This document shows positions 10,931 through 26,526 of a stretch of DNA of 64,000 nt, one piece after another (position 1 is the stretch's first letter; each line of letters begins with the position of its first letter). This DNA is from Sphagnum compactum. Taxonomy: Eukaryota. The position numbers and the translations under genes are program-made. Where the stretch lies: contig OZ234493.1 of assembly GCA_965153455.1 (NCBI GenBank), positions 36,632,213 through 36,696,212 on the forward strand, given 5' to 3'. The notes beneath the pieces are model-generated. The model did not search any database and had not been told where the DNA came from. It saw only the letters and a program-made list of their open reading frames with translations.

Positions 10931-13899
10931 ATGTTTATCAAGAACTAAACTTGACAACACGGTTTCCTTGACAAACCTTAACACACAAATAACCTTATTT
11001 TTAAATTATAGCATTTCATGATCTTGTAACAATAAGCCAAGAATCTTATAAAATCGTGAGGTTTTTGCATTATTGTATTCAGTGCATACATCCTTTGGAA
11101 CCTTTTTAAAAACTCATTCCCAATCAACTTAATTCTAAGTAGCTTAAGGAATTATAGCTTGCACATAGTAAGGTTGTAGAACTGAAGCTAGTATGTAAAA
11201 CTTTTCAAGGCAGAATTTCAACATGGAGTTTAAGATGATTTAATTTACCTTGCAATTGTATTTTTTTCAAGAAAATGATGTATTGAAAATATGATGTTTA
11301 TGACCCTAATGAGGGCCCTTGCCAAGAGTTGTCCAAAAAACCTATACAACATAAAAAACATGGTGGTTAGTTTGGTGAAGCTCCACCAAATCATTCACTA
11401 GCCTTTAATTCTAGATGTTTTTTGAATCCCTTCAACTATATCTCCACGAATGTCTTTGAACAAATCCACATGGATTGTACATATTCCATCAAACACATCA
11501 AGGTAACATATAATTCCATGAGCTAGTTACTCTAATTCTGAATCATACGTTGAGGTGCAAGCTCCATTCTCAATTTGGTCCCACAACAGACCTACAACAT
11601 TTATAACAAAAAACAACATTTAAGGAGCTTGGACTTGTGGAAAGAAAAATATATAACTCTTATATCCTTGTTTGATGTATTTGGACCTAAGTAGATCATG
11701 AAGTAGCTTGAACAAAATACATGGACAAGTTTAAGCTAGTGAGCTGTATGAAAGTTTTCAAATTATGCAAAACTTACAAAGGACCATGGCTTACACATAA
11801 TACACATGAATACTGCGAATGCTAATTACATGTAGTATGTAATTTCCCATTCCTACCAACCTTCCACCAAACTATGTTCAAAGTGAGGCTGATGTTCAGT
11901 ACAATACCTTTTAAATCTAGCATAAACTTTCAATCAAGTTTAAGTTTGCATGAATGTATTACAAAATCACTTGACCTCCATCATTGCCACTAGTAGTTGC
12001 TGGTAGCACATGATTGTTTGCAATAAGACCTTTTCCATCAATCTCAATGTTTGCAAGGTCTCTTGATACCCTTTTAACATAGTATACAAACTCAAGAAGA
12101 GAATTCATACCATGGCCGTTTTTATGCAAGAATGCATATATCATAGAGAACCCACAAAGAAAAGCACATTGGTTGTGGATATTCATGCCTGCAAATCTAC
12201 ACCATTCACACATGATGTGTTTCTAGCAACACTCAAAGAGAGTGCTGATGAACATTCAAAAAGGGAATATCACCATCGCCATCAAGAGAGCTTTTCTAAG
12301 AACCCTAATTCCCTTCACGCATGTTGTGTTTGCAGCAACACTCAGAGAGTGTGTGATGGTGAGCACCTAGAAAGGACATATTGCCATCGCCATCGACATG
12401 TTCTTTGAAAACCTTAACTTTCGTGAGAGATGGAAAATCTAGCCCCGCCAAAATCGATAGCTCCTATTGTTTAAATTTCAAATTAAACAATGGAAATCTA
12501 TCCATGTCATTAATTTGTTGAAAATGGGGTTCATGAACTTGTGTTCCTTTGTATGGAATCCCAAGGAACGCCAAAAAGTATTTGTTAGAGATTATAGTAT
12601 TGACAATTCAGTTTTCTAATGAATACTCAACATAAATAGATGTTACTTGAAATGCCCTACTAGGAAAAATCAAAATCAAGCTAAAAATTTCAGAAAAAAA
12701 AGTTCCTAATCCATGTGGTGCTATTAGGACCACATTTCCTGATGTTGAAAAATATATAAGTAATTATTGTGACACATTTCATTATGTTTGTCTATATTCT
12801 TCCCTATGTAAAGATCATAGGATTCCTTTAATATAGGGAATAAAATCAAATGGGTTCAAGAATGCTCTTGTTGGTTTCCTATGTTCATGACCCCAAAAAG
12901 TGATTTTCCTAAAGCTTTTAATATAAGAAAGGTGTAGGAACATCAAAACATGTCCAAATCTTATGGGACATGACCCACTTTAATATCCCAAAGATGCACA
13001 ATGTAGTAATATGGGCCAACTTTTAAAATACCAAACTAACACAAATTAATCCTAAAGTTAACTCCTTTCATGTAACGGGACATGTGATGTTCCTAGTAGT
13101 ACCCCTAATTTTACTTGCACCCAAGAAGAAGAAGAATAAACATGAGATGGAAATGGTAGACCTTTATTTGGAGACTTAGACTGCAAAGGCAAAATGTTGG
13201 AAAGAATATGCTATTTTCTTTGTTTCTCTTACTTTTCTTTTCTCAAATTTTGTAGTCTTTCTCTGCATTGTTTTTTTAACTTCTCAACAAAGCTTTCTTT
13301 TATGCTCATTCTGGAGATGGAAAACAATAAAAACTTGTTTGAAGAAAACAAAAATGAAGCGTTGTTGTGTTATTTGTTGGTTGTAAAAATGCCATCATCT
13401 CGTTTCATGTAGTGACATTTCACTTTTTACTTTAAGGTTAGTGTCTTAATGATTTGTCCTTTTTTTTAATTTTTTGAAACTTGTCGATTTCTATTTGAGT
13501 TCATACTAATAACAATATGAACTACAATTGATGCCTCCTGACCTAATAACTATGTAGATATGGGCATTGGGTTCTTTTGATAACACCTCTAATTATGATG
13601 ACTTAGTGTCTACACTACAGATTTATTTTATCATGTGCTAAGTCATCATATCAACAAAAAATTTGTTCGAATGTTATAAACGTATCTAACTTATAGTCTA
13701 GTGGTTGTGAAACTATGTAATCATGGTCTTTGAGTAGTATCATAGCTTACTGACTCATCAAATTCATTGAGGCTTCTTTTGATGTGATTGTTTGATCAGT
13801 ATCTATGATCTTTGATGTTCTCTCACCTTTTGAATCCTCATCAAATATCTTTTTTCTATGGTTAGAATCTATAAACTCTAAAGACTTTTGATTTTCTGA

Positions 13900-15660
13900 A
13901 CAACGTATCCTTTTTTATGCCTAATCCACATATATGTATGGTTTCAACTTGTTAATATTGACCAATATTGGGTTTGGTTCAAAATTATTAACATAAACAA
14001 GAATGACAATGTTATTAGGTAAGCAATATTGTACCCTGAATGGGCCAAACCGTCTTTTCTTAAAATTGCCTAGATGTGTATTTTCTTCCTTGTGATTACA
14101 ACAAAACATAATCTCAAAATTGAAACTTCTTCTTTGTGTGATTATGTTGATTCCATAAAAATTTGCTCCATTAGTTTGCTCCAACATTATTCTAAACCTC
14201 CAATTTGTTCTCATGTAACTTTTCCAGTTCTGTAATTCTAACAGTTAGTACTATGGTGGGTTCTCCATCTCTGTGGTCTCCACTAATAGCTGATAGAACA
14301 TATTCTGTTGGCATTAGAGGATGCAAACCATAAATTAATTAGTAAGGTGCATATCATGTTGCCACCTTGTAAGTTGTCTTGTATGAAAATAAATTTGTGG
14401 ACAAATGTTCATCCTAGTCTGTCCTCTTTTCATTGACTAACTTGTTAGTAATCCACCAATAACTTTGTTAATAGACTCTACTTATCCATTTCCTTGTCGG
14501 TAATAAGTAGTATAACTAAGATGTTTTATCAAAAATTATTCTATTAGATGTTTTATTATATCATTAGTGAAATCTTCTCCTTGATCTATAATTATGGTTA
14601 GAGGACATCCAAATCTGGTCAAAATATACTCATACAAAAATCTAGCTGTAACTACTACAATATTGGTTCTGAGTGCTTTTGCCTTTACCCACTTGGCTGC
14701 ATAATTTGTAGTTACCAAAATTGGACCTATAAAATCTAGACCCCACTTCATAAAAGGTTCCTTTGGAAATGTTGTTATTAGTTTGGCTAGACTTTTTGTT
14801 TCTAGTCCTCCAATTCTTTGACAACTATCACAACTTCTACAAAATTCATGAGTATCTTTGAATAAAGTTGGCCACCAATAACATGCATCCAAAATTTTCT
14901 TTGTAGTAATATTTGTAGCAAAATGTCCTCCTACCATTCCTTCATGTAACTCCTTTAGAACAATCTATGTTTCTGAGATGGTCAAACATCTGCGTAATCT
15001 CTTGTCTTATCCCACTTTGTACATTTTTCCCTCTTTAAGACAAAAAGGTTCTGCATGTCTAACTAACTTTTATTTTTGAACTAAGTTCAAAATTTTTAGC
15101 ATCTAACCTATCTTTAAGCAACTTTTCACTTCTTGCATCCATATAGGTTCTATAGAGAATAATGATGCATCTACAATTTGATCTAGTACTCCCAATGGTT
15201 CTAAGCTATCTAGTAATCCAGATAAAACATCAGCTACCACATGTGTTTTACTAGGCTTGTAGACTATTGTGAATTCACATTCCAAAAATAACAACAACCA
15301 TTTGGCTATCCTTCTAAACACCTGTGGTTTGTTCATTACATATGCAAGAGCCACATGGTCTACATAAAAGAAAAATTTGTTTCCCAAAAAAAAATGGTTG
15401 AACTTATGCAAAGCATACAACCATTACTAAGGCTTCTCTCTTTATAGTAGTATAATTTTGCTATGCTTTATTTAGTAGTTTATAAGCATATACTATAGGT
15501 TAGTCATACTTACCAGTTGGGTTTTGTGCTAACATTACACTTATTGCCAGTAAAAATGCATTTGTGTGCACATGGAAATCCAGCTACCAAATTGGAAGTA
15601 TGAGAATTGGTGCTTCCATATATGTTTGCTTGATTTGATCCCAAGTTTCTTAACACTTTT
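13900..15660 (-). mobile_element. Ty3/Gypsy pol remnant: RNase H, integrase and GPF/Y region
   Basis: YALHKF...YVDHVAL...RIAKWLLLFLE (RNase H); GGHF...YWWPTLFKD...CRSCDSCQR (integrase HHCC); PFMKWGLDFIGPI (rve); RRFGPFRV. RNaseH-then-integrase order indicates Gypsy. Confidence 0.9.
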
Positions 15661-15916
15661 ACCTTAAAATAGTCCTATGATTAGTTCAAATTCAAATGGT
15701 GATGAAAATTATGTAAACTAGTTAGTAAATGATAGGAAAATAACTAGGTAAGTAAGTATTGACTAACTAACTATTCATAATGAATAATTACTCCCTTAAC
15801 AGAAAAGAATCAAGAGTAATTCCTTCTTTGTATTGTGACCACGATAAACACCTTTTTGCTACTAGAAGCCCTAGTTGAAGGTATGAAAGGAATTGAGAAG
15901 TGTGTCCTTCAAGAAA

Positions 15917-16981
15917 CACTACTATAATTATTGGTTTTTCAAATGGTCCACATTAACTAATTAATCTTTCTTGACTAGTGAACATGTACATTTTGACTAG
16001 AGGCTAGGGGCTTGAATAACATGTGTATTTTTTAACTAGTTAACTTGGTTGAAATGACCTATTTGGCTATTTGTTAATTTGGACATTTAATCAAATTGGA
16101 CATAAACAAATGACACTTTTGGTCAAAATGGCCAATGGGGTTTTAGTCAAGTATAACATTTAATCAAGATGGCCAATGTTATTATAGTCAAATGGGGCAT
16201 CTTACCTACCTATTGACCTATTGACCTACCTATTACAACCAATTTACCTACCTACCTACCTACCTACTGACCTACTTACTACAACCTACCTATTTACCTA
16301 CCTACTACAACCTACTCACCTACCTATCAGCTTACCAACCCACCACACCCACATGTATTAATTATTTCCTACATATTTACCTAATTAAATTACCCACCCA
16401 CCTACCTCCTTACCTACTTATTTACCTACCGGCCACCCGCCTATCGACTTACCCACCCACCCACCCACCTATTAATTACCTACCTACCTACCTACCTATT
16501 TACGTACCTAGTTATCCACCCACCTACCTCCTACAACATACTTACCTATGTACCTCATAGTCTTGTAATGATGTGTTGAAATAAACATGTGAAATAAAAA
16601 ACTTGACAAAAGTTGAACACCTTTTGATGGTGTGGTCCATTGGTTAAGGATTTGGTCTATCATTGGGGAGGTTAAGGGTTCAATTCCTAATACTTGTAAT
16701 CTATGTATATGCTTAAAGGGTTAAAGTAGGTAGGCTACGCTAGGGTAGGCTACCACCCACCTATTTACATTTTTATGACCTACCTACTTGCTTACAAATT
16801 ATTTTTTATAATAATATTAAAATAAATTACTTAAATCATTTGACCAATCAAATGGTCCTTATTTTGCCAGTCAAAAAGACCACCCCAGTCACAACATACA
16901 TGTTAAAATTGACTTGTCCAAAATGACAGGGGGTTTTTTTGCCCCCCCATTTGGTTTTTTTTACTAGGAATTCTAGTAGTG
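15917..16981. mobile_element. Non-autonomous CACTA element with internal (CCTA)n-like tract
   Basis: TIRs CACTACTATAATT / AATTCTAGTAGTG (one mismatch); 3-bp AAA on both flanks; CCTA/CCCA repeats at ~16200-16560. Confidence 0.75.
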
Positions 16982-18695
16982 AAACTCTTCAAGTCATTTA
17001 GGATTAAGTTTTAGTGGATACAAAAAGGATTTGTAAGTGTTGGGCACATTAGGAAGTGAAAGGCCTATTGCTTGTAGAATGTTGAAACTTGCAGCACTCC
17101 ACATCAAGATTTGACCTTCCCTAAATCCTTTCACAATGATATTATGTGAAACGCAAACATTGTTGTTTGTTTCTTCATCATTAAAAGGGTTGCTTGCAAC
17201 GACATCAACTAATTCACCAAATTTCTGTGGAGAATATGGTGGTGATGGGTATCACTTTGGGTTTGCAAACAAGTCCTGTTTATGTTCCCAATAGCTCATA
17301 CTCCACTCATCTAATTGCCGAAGCTGCTTTGATGTCTCTAGTCCAATCAAACTCCTCTTTGATGCATTTTGAAAGTTTTTCATACAACCTAGGAAAGTCA
17401 TTCATGCGTGCACAAAGATCACAAAAGTTGTGGTGTGAAGAAGTTGGAAAGATTGAACGAGATGACATACTAGCGGACTTAGATGACAACAAAGGCCAAA
17501 CATGCATAGACTTAGGTAAGTTCAAATCTTTGCACGTGCGTGGTTCAATTTACTGGGCTCGATCGATTCAAATCCATGATTTAAATCCATTCAATTAGGG
17601 AATTTTTCAAAACAAGACTATAGAAAGGAGACCTTCTTTTTCGTCTTGGTTGGTACATCTTCAAGAGTTTTCACCCCCAAACAGTGGTTCATGTGAAATA
17701 GCTCTAGACCATTTGTAGTTGGTGGTGAGACTAGTGGACTATTTCGTCCATCATCGCCTCTAGTTATAACTACCACCAATATTTGTTATGTCATGTTCAG
17801 TAGCTGTGCATTGATTGGAATAGATATAGGCACATGAGGTACTTGGGTGGATAGTGTTGATGGACATACATGTCTCGCCATGGAATATGTCATCAGATTC
17901 CACATGGGTATTGGTAAGGTAGTCATCAGGTTTGTGTTCATTGGCATCATTGATGTTCCCATTGGAAAAGCATATGGGTTCAACCCATGCACCAATATGG
18001 AGCTATAACAATCGAAGGTTGTTTTTGTTCAAACCTTGTTGTTGTCCTCAAACACTTCTCGACATTGATTGTCAACATATTAATAGAACTCATGTAATCA
18101 TTGGTGCTTATGAATTCTATAACTAGGGTTGGTTCAATGGATTTGTTGTCAAACAACTCCTTTGAATATTTTGAACAAAGCTCCATTATTCATCAATCAT
18201 CTACTGCAAATAATATGTGTATTTGTATGACACAACTTACAAGTAAATCCATTTCTTAGTGTCGATATAGCTTGTAGATTGCTTAGTTGTCTTCCTTTAG
18301 GCCCATACTACACATTATGTGCATCATTGCCTTGTTGATCTTGGTTTGCCTACCCATTCATGGGTATAACTAACATGTTAACATTGTTGTGTTGTTGAAT
18401 CATGGTTTGTATATTAATACTTTTGCCATAAGTTTTTAGTCCATTTTCTTGAGAGCCCATGGTTTCGTTCATTTGAACTAGATTTAATACATGATTGATG
18501 GATTGCTTTGATTTATCATTTGATGATTGGATCCTGTGATTTAGTCTTGGTAACATCGGTGAAAGCACATTATGGGGGGTCACTTTGGGCACTTTTGTGA
18601 CATGTATATAATGTATATTTCTACAAAACATGTTGCATTTAATTTTGGGTTTTACTTTTAGTGTTTGGGCTTGATATTTTGATTTTCACAAAATT

Positions 18696-21600
18696 CACTA
18701 GAAGAAAAACAACATAAAATTTATCGAAAATCATAGGCATTGCCTCCCGTACAATCTGGTCTTTAGTTTTCCTATGCGTTCTCTGACGTGCAGCAGAAAA
18801 GAAAAAGAAAAAAAATATAGATTTTTTTTGCTCTGCCTCTTTCTAGTTTTGCTATAATCACTCGTCTAACCGATTAAAACACATAAGATCCCCGGCTCTC
18901 TTGGGCTTTATAGAATAATTATGGGCTAATACCTTCTAGTGTTTTCACTGTCAGGTCCCATCCCCATTATATTACCCGGATTTGACTTCAGCTTATTGTA
19001 AGCCGCTATCAGTACATTTAAGTATGATATTATCTCCATTAGGTTTTTATACTTCCCATTAGGTCTACGCGTAAGATTGTTTTCTTTCGTCGGGCAAGCA
19101 ACATTAATTTTTATTTTTTATTTTTTGCTCTTTTTCCAGGAAAAAGCCGGAACTGCATTCCTCACCAGAGAAAAAATAGAGACTTGCGGCCTTTTCTATG
19201 GGAGGTTTTCCATCCATCCCTGAATGTATGTCTTTGCGACTAAATTTTAGTTTCAAGAGACATTTTGCAACTAAAATCCCTTTAGTCGCCTAAGACAAGT
19301 CACATGTGATAAACTAGTCACAAATGACAGAAGGTATTGTATGAAAGAAAAAGTCAACAAACACATTTCATCCTTTGACTCCATTGTATACGTATTGTCA
19401 CATGTGACTAAAATGCAACTATTTTGGTCACAATTGAGGGCAAATGATGTGCTGCCATGTGTCTTAATATTTGATTATTTAAATTATTATTATTATTATT
19501 ATTATTTTGAATCAATCTAGGACGTTCAATTCAAATACTTAGATGATCTTATATTATGACACGTGGCCCAATGTAAGTATGCCACGTGACATTAAAAAAA
19601 TAATTAATAAAAATATTAATATTAGGTTGGTAGGTACCTAGGTAGGTACATAAATAAGTGCCTACAAACCTAGGCTACATACCAACCTACCTAGTTAGGT
19701 AAAAACAATAAGTAGGTAGGTTCTACCTTCCTAAATTAAATACCTACTCATATAAGTAGGTACTTAGGTAGGTAGGTACATAGGTCGACCTAGGTGGGTA
19801 GGTCAAACTAGGTACCTACTTAGCTAGGTAGATAAGTAGGTTGGGAAGGTAAGTACTTTTAAAATGTGCATAATTTATTTTTTTGTTTTAGGTTGAGCCT
19901 TTTGATTAGCCCATCTCATGTGCACAAATTTTTTAATGTGAAATTGGATGACCACACCCCCTTGTTTATATAGTGTTCAAAATAGGAATGAAAAACAAAC
20001 AATATGGGATAAGTTTTGAACTTGCAAGTTCTTGACAAACTAAGTTGTAATTCCAAAACTTTCTCATGTCTTACTTTCTTAGTTTTTAAATTTCTCAACA
20101 ATTCAAATACTAGATAATTAGATAATCATTTAACTAATAATGATTAAATATACATATATTTAAATTATAAATTATACACTATAAATATTCAACATTCATT
20201 ATAAATTATTTAAATAAGCAATAACTTCTTAATATTTAACAAACTAGCCATCTAGTTATTCACAAATTATTAATACATAACTCATAAAAGATTAAATAAC
20301 CAGAATATTTAAAAATATTTTATTACTTTTTAGAATTTGATCGAAGTATACATAATATAATTAATGTAAAATTAATTTAATGATTATAATTTAAAATTTA
20401 ACTATTTTAAATATTTATGTTAAAATTATAAGTAATGAATTAACAATGGTTATTAGAAAGTAAATTTTTAAACAAATGTTTTTTAAATTATTATTCAACT
20501 AATTGCATTACTTATTATATAATTAAATTTATTGTTGTAAAACTTATTATAGGTCAAATATATTTTTTCTCTTGGTAATTATTAACTATAAATACAATAA
20601 TTTGTTAAACATAACATTAATTTTCATAATTACTATAAAATTACTGTAAAATATTTATCATAGATGATTAATCATAGAATTTTTCTTAAATAATAATAAT
20701 ATATAGTAATTCGTGAAATTAGAATCAATAAATCAATTATTTTAATCACATTATATTTTTCAATTTTTTAAATCTAGGTTTGAATTTATAAATTCCAGAG
20801 TGTGAATAATTATGTTTAATTAGAAAATAATTATGCACATACTAATTAATTTTTATCTGAAGTAATTAGAATGATTAAAAAATAATGTCACATTAATTAC
20901 ATTAATGAATTTCTTCTAATATAAGAATATAAATTATATAATATAAAAATCTATGTTATAACAATAATTATTTAGTGTAACTTAGATTTAATAAACATCA
21001 TCAGTTATAATTATTTATAAAAATGATTTATTATGGATTGTAGTAGAAAAAACCCTTAAAACTCAATCAATAATTTTGAATTAAAATATGAATTTAAGAT
21101 TCCAAAATCATATTCAGAATTCAAATATCAAATTTTATATCAAATAAGTTTTTTGAAGTTAAATAACAAATTTCAAAATCGAAATGTCAATTTTCAGATT
21201 TAAAGAATAATATTCAAAATTAAAACGTCCATTTTAAGACTCAATTAATAATTTTCTGAATTGAAATATTAATATCAAGAATTCCAAATAATAATTTGGA
21301 ATTCAAATTTCAACCTTCAAGTCAAATAATTTCTGAAAATTTAAATTCAAATCTTCAAAATTGAAACATCAAATTTCAAGTTCAAATAAAAATATTTAAA
21401 ATCAAAATGTTGATTTTTAGACTCAATAATCTTTTTTGAATTGAAATACTAATTTTTAGATTCGAAAATAATAATCTATAATTCAAATATCAAGTTTTAG
21501 ATTAAACATTTTTTTTGAATTTAAATAAAAATTTCTAGAATTGAAATGTCAATTTTCATATTCAAGTAACAAGATTCAAAATTGAAATGTCCATTTTTAG

Positions 21601-22410
21601 ACTCAATTAATAATTTTCATACTTGAAGTATTAATTTTGACAATCCAAAATAATAATTTGGAATTGAAATTTCAGGTTTAAATCAAATGATTATTTAAAA
21701 TTAAATGCAAAATTTTCAGAGTTGAAATGTGAATTTTCATATTGATATAAAAATATTCAAAATAAAATGTACATTTTTATAATCAATTAATAATTTTCTG
21801 AATTGAAATACTAATTTCTGGATTGGAAAATATTAGTTCAGAATTCAAATATCAATTTTTAGATCAAATAAGCCTCCTTGAATTTAAATTAAAAAATCAT
21901 ATTCAAATCAAAAATTTGAAATTCAAATAATGTTTTTAACAATCGAAACAACAATTTTCAGATTCAAATATCAAGTTTCAAATTTTAATATTTTTAAAAA
22001 AATTAAAATATCTATTTTCAGATTTGAATTAAAATTCAAAGTTCAAATACTAATTTTGAGATTCATTATATGAACAACATAGACACGTATGCATATTATA
22101 TATATACAATTTTAGTACATACATTAAAATACACCCCTATGTCATTGTAGAATACCTTTAGGATGCAACTAATTTGGTGATTATTGCGACTAATGGGACA
22201 TATCAATCTATTCATGGATGAAAATCAATATAAAATTGATTCAACCAATAAGATGAAATTTCTAATAGTTGCATCATAGTTGTGAGAATGACCAAAATAG
22301 TTGAAATTTGGTCTTGTAGTTACAAATATTCCCAAATCTAGTCACAAACGATTACAAGTCGCATGTAGTCGTAAATGGAGTGGTTACATTTTGGCTAATT
22401 TCTACTAGTG
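18696..22410. mobile_element. Probable non-autonomous CACTA element (right end clear, left end uncertain)
   Basis: Right end TTTCTACTAGTG. Candidate left end CACTAGAAGAAA, with ATT on both flanks. GCGACT/AGTCGC-like subterminal repeats at ~19235-19440 and ~22180-22380. (GGTA)n-like tract at 19620-19850. Confidence 0.5.
21076..22060. repeat. AT-rich tandem repeat, ~181-bp unit, about 5.5 copies
   Basis: TGAATTGAAATA-like anchor at ~21077, 21257, 21437, 21619 and 21799; internal ~20-bp TTCAAA sub-repeats. Confidence 0.75.
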
Positions 22411-25400
22411 ATTAATGATATTTTATATTATTTGGAGAAAAAATTAAAAGATTAAATTCAAGGATTGATGGGTATATTTATGGTATATGCAATATAATAG
22501 AACCTATTTTTGTTTTTGGACTGCACTAGGTTTGGGTTTGAATTTTAAAAATGTTTTAAATGAAATTAAAAAAAAGACCCACCTCACATATCTTGTCATT
22601 TTCCATTTGAAAATGATCGTTTGTTGAAATGTTAATTTACCGCATACTTATGGTCATCGCCCCCAAAAACACCTATTTGTGATATGATAATTATCAAATT
22701 TTTCACATGGCTCACAAATTTATTCTAATCATATGGAATCACAATGTTAATAGATATTACGAGTTTCATAAATAATAAATCAATAAATTTTAATAAATTT
22801 TTTGAGTACATTTGCATTTTTTAGTACGTTGTGATGTTTATTTTTTGGCGCAAATATATTTTAACATCACATCCCATTAGATTAAAAATTGTAGTTTCTC
22901 TAGAATTTGAATTATGGGTCCAACCATGTTATTAAGAGCCACACATGCCCACTTGACCACTATTTTATTTTTTGAATATTTTTAACACGTCTTTCAAAAA
23001 AAATAAAAATCTTTAAAGTTTTCTTAATGAAATTATGTTAAGGTGTATATTAAAAAATATTCCAAAATGTGTCATTAAAAATATTTTCAAATTGTGCTTT
23101 TAGTGTCAAAACTATTTTTCAACTATTTTTATGTAGTTTTTAAGCAGTGGTTACAAGAGGTTAAAACTCTTTATACGTATTTTTCACTCATTATATTGAT
23201 TCTAAATTTTTATGATATGTACACAATGTATTCACAATAACATTTTATATTAAATTTTTAATTTTTCATCTTCTTATTTTTTAAATACAAAGTTCAAAAA
23301 ATTAAGTAGTGGTTACGATTGCTAATGGTACATGTTAGTATGATTGCACCTTTACATGGTACATGTTAGTTTGACCTACCACAATATGCAAAAAAATTGT
23401 GAAAATCTTTCATAATAATGACATGATTGAAGTTCAAACATGGGACCCCTAAAAAATAATACAATGTGACAACACTTTTGCCCCCCCCCTAATGTGCTTT
23501 CACCCACATCTTTTATATTAAGAAGATCTTTTGATGAATTCAACATATTTCCAACACCTTTAGATGTTTGTTGCGGGTTTTACATTCTTTTCTACTCTGC
23601 GACTTCATTTAGATTTGTCCTTTCTTTAGTATTAACTTTGTTTAGTTATTATTTAAAGCTTACTTCTCTAGTAATCCTATCAATAAGTACCATTTTCAAT
23701 GTATCATTATGATTTTTTTCTCAGTTTTGATTACTCTAATTAATTTGTTTATGTAAACTCCTTGTAACCACTTTAGACATGTCTATTCTTTATCGCATTC
23801 AATTTCAAAATATAGATTTTGTAAAGATAATTATCTTTTCAACTATTGGGAATATATATATTCCCCTTACAAATTAGTTAGATAATTACCCCAACTCAAT
23901 ATTTTCTTTAGATTCTTCTTTTTAAAGACAAAAAAAATCAAAGTTATCACACGTAGAATTCAAAAACAATTAGACAACCAATCTAAAACCAAAAATTTGT
24001 GAAGAATGCTTCTGAAATTCTTCCTTGGAATGGTCACCAAAAATTTTTAATCAATTTTTATGCTTCAATTTTTATTAAGTTCTTCAAATCAAAGCAAGTT
24101 TTACAAATCATTTTTTTGATTTGCAATATAGATTAGTTCATTTTGTACAAAACATATTCTACAATTCCAAAATCAAAGAAAACTAAAGAACTTTAAGAAA
24201 ATTTCATTTGATTCAATAAGAATAATCATGATTCTTATTACAATCATGTGTCTTAAAGTTCATGGTCATCTGTACTTATATATAAGAATAGAGATGAAAA
24301 ATGATGATCGATAACTAACTAGTAAGAAAATAACTAATAAAAGTCATTCAAAAATGTAAATATTTGTTCAAAAAATAACAACTATGTACAATTACAAATC
24401 TAACAGCTTTGAATAACAATTACAAATCACAAATCACCCCTTAACATGTTGCATCTACAGTCCTATTCCAAAAACTCCAAATAGTCATTTTAAATGAAAT
24501 TAGGAAGGAGGTAATATAAAAAACGAAAAAAACTACAATATTTTATAAAAGGTTGAACTTACATTCACACATCCAAAAAGTCAAAGCATAATTAAATAAA
24601 TAGAGTACATACTCAAGGTCCACATTCTTCTTTCTCCCATATATTCCTTTTATAATGAAGTCAAAATGCTTCTCCTACCAAACTCTTCCAACATCTCTAT
24701 ATCTCTTCCTACCATGTTATTTCAGGAATGATCCTCCTTCTTCCAAGTTCTCCATTTAACTAATCCACATATAGGTCCTCCTTTTCTTATTGTAATCCTT
24801 TTGCAAAAATCTTTTAGGTGACCGGGTGAACCAAAATCGAATCCCTCACCCACAAAAAAAAAAACTAACTTAAGTAACTTCATCTCCTAGTATATAAACT
24901 AGGGGATGATAAATATTATCTACCACTAGTAATTAACTAATTACTAGGATGCCCACTAAGCTAATTAGGTTACCCTTAATAATGTGAAAACCCACGGGGT
25001 CACACATTTATGAGATAAAACTCCATTTTCGATGTATCACACCATTTTGGGCCATCAAATAACATCACAAGACAACAAATGTAATCATCCCTAATGAACT
25101 TGATTTCCCAAAGTCTATTACATATATTCATGATTACCCTTCTTGGTCGGCATTGATTGAAGGTGTGAAAGAGGGGTTGTGAAAATCCATGGATCATACA
25201 TTCATGAGACATAATTTCATTATGGGTGTTTGATTACAATTTGGACCATGGAACCACATAACAAGACGTCAAATATAATTATGTCATTTTTATCATTGTA
25301 AGAAACATGCATATGTGTCTTCAAATCTAGTTCAAAGAAAAATTCCATAGGAGCTCAAATTGTGTCCATGGAAATATGTTTACTTCTTCTATATATGCCA

Positions 25401-26526
25401 ATTGGTTTTGAGTATTTCTTGGTTCTTTTAATGGATGACTTTTATTACATGCTTACATTATTGAACATGTAAAAAAAAAGAATTAACATGTGGAATATAG
25501 GAAATTCACATTCCCCATTAAAAGAACTTTTGGTAGGTAGTGGATCTTGCATTCATTGTCAAATGTGGTGAGAGGAACAAAAATTGGAGTTTTAGGCGTA
25601 GGTGAAACTTTTCAAATTAGTTTAGTTTTGAGAGGTTTAATTGTACCTTCAAGTGTTACTACACCCTAGCAAGAGGAAATTGAGAGGGAGAGTTGACAAT
25701 GATGACTATAATGGTTCAAAGTCAAAGTTAGGTGCATTTTGAATTCTAAGTTTGAAGGGTACCTTACTCCATTCTTGTTGCCATGATCCCTTGACTTTTA
25801 GATATTTGTGCATTTCTCCTTTTAAAACATTTTTGAACTCCCACTTCTATGCACAAATGGATTTTAGCAAGCCAAGTTAAAACATGCAACCATGAAACAA
25901 GAATTCTAACACCTACTTTGCACACCATGTTCCCAAGCACCTTCCCTTTGCTTTATTTTTAACTTGAAAATTGCAAATACTTGATTGGTAACTCTTTCAC
26001 CTCTTTCACAAACCCATTTTGGAATTACCTTTCCATGTCCAAAATATTCTCAAGTTTGCATATTTCTTGCAAAACAAGTTTTTTTAGCTCCTTGAGTTCT
26101 TGCCTCCTACAAGAAGTCTCACTCCTACTTTCAAGCAAAAATGGCTAAAAGAATTATCATTGATCAAGGCTACCCCTTAAGGAAGTTCAGAGGCACCTCC
26201 ATAAATCTTCCACACTTCCATCTTGCACCTTTATGTGCAATCCATTAACTTTAACTATCTTCCTCTAAGCTACACTTCACCATCGACTACCATCATTATC
26301 TCAAGAAGCACCTCACCTAACTCCCTTTGAGCACCCTCTTTCCATTCAATGGTGGTCCTTTTATTCAAAAAATAAATGGAATCCTAATATTTACCTAATA
26401 GAGTCAACAATGAGGTCTTGATGGATATATACAGATATATGTATCCATATGTTGACATAATTTAATTTCATAATAGTGATAATTAATTTTCTTGAATGCC
26501 AATGTCAATTTTAATTATCGAACCTT

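Noticed and set aside
17050-18640. Possible decayed gene on the minus strand
   Set aside because: Fragmented ORFs with no motif I can recognise.
24600-26360. Possible degraded retroelement
   Set aside because: Composition is suggestive, but I found no assignable motif or termini.
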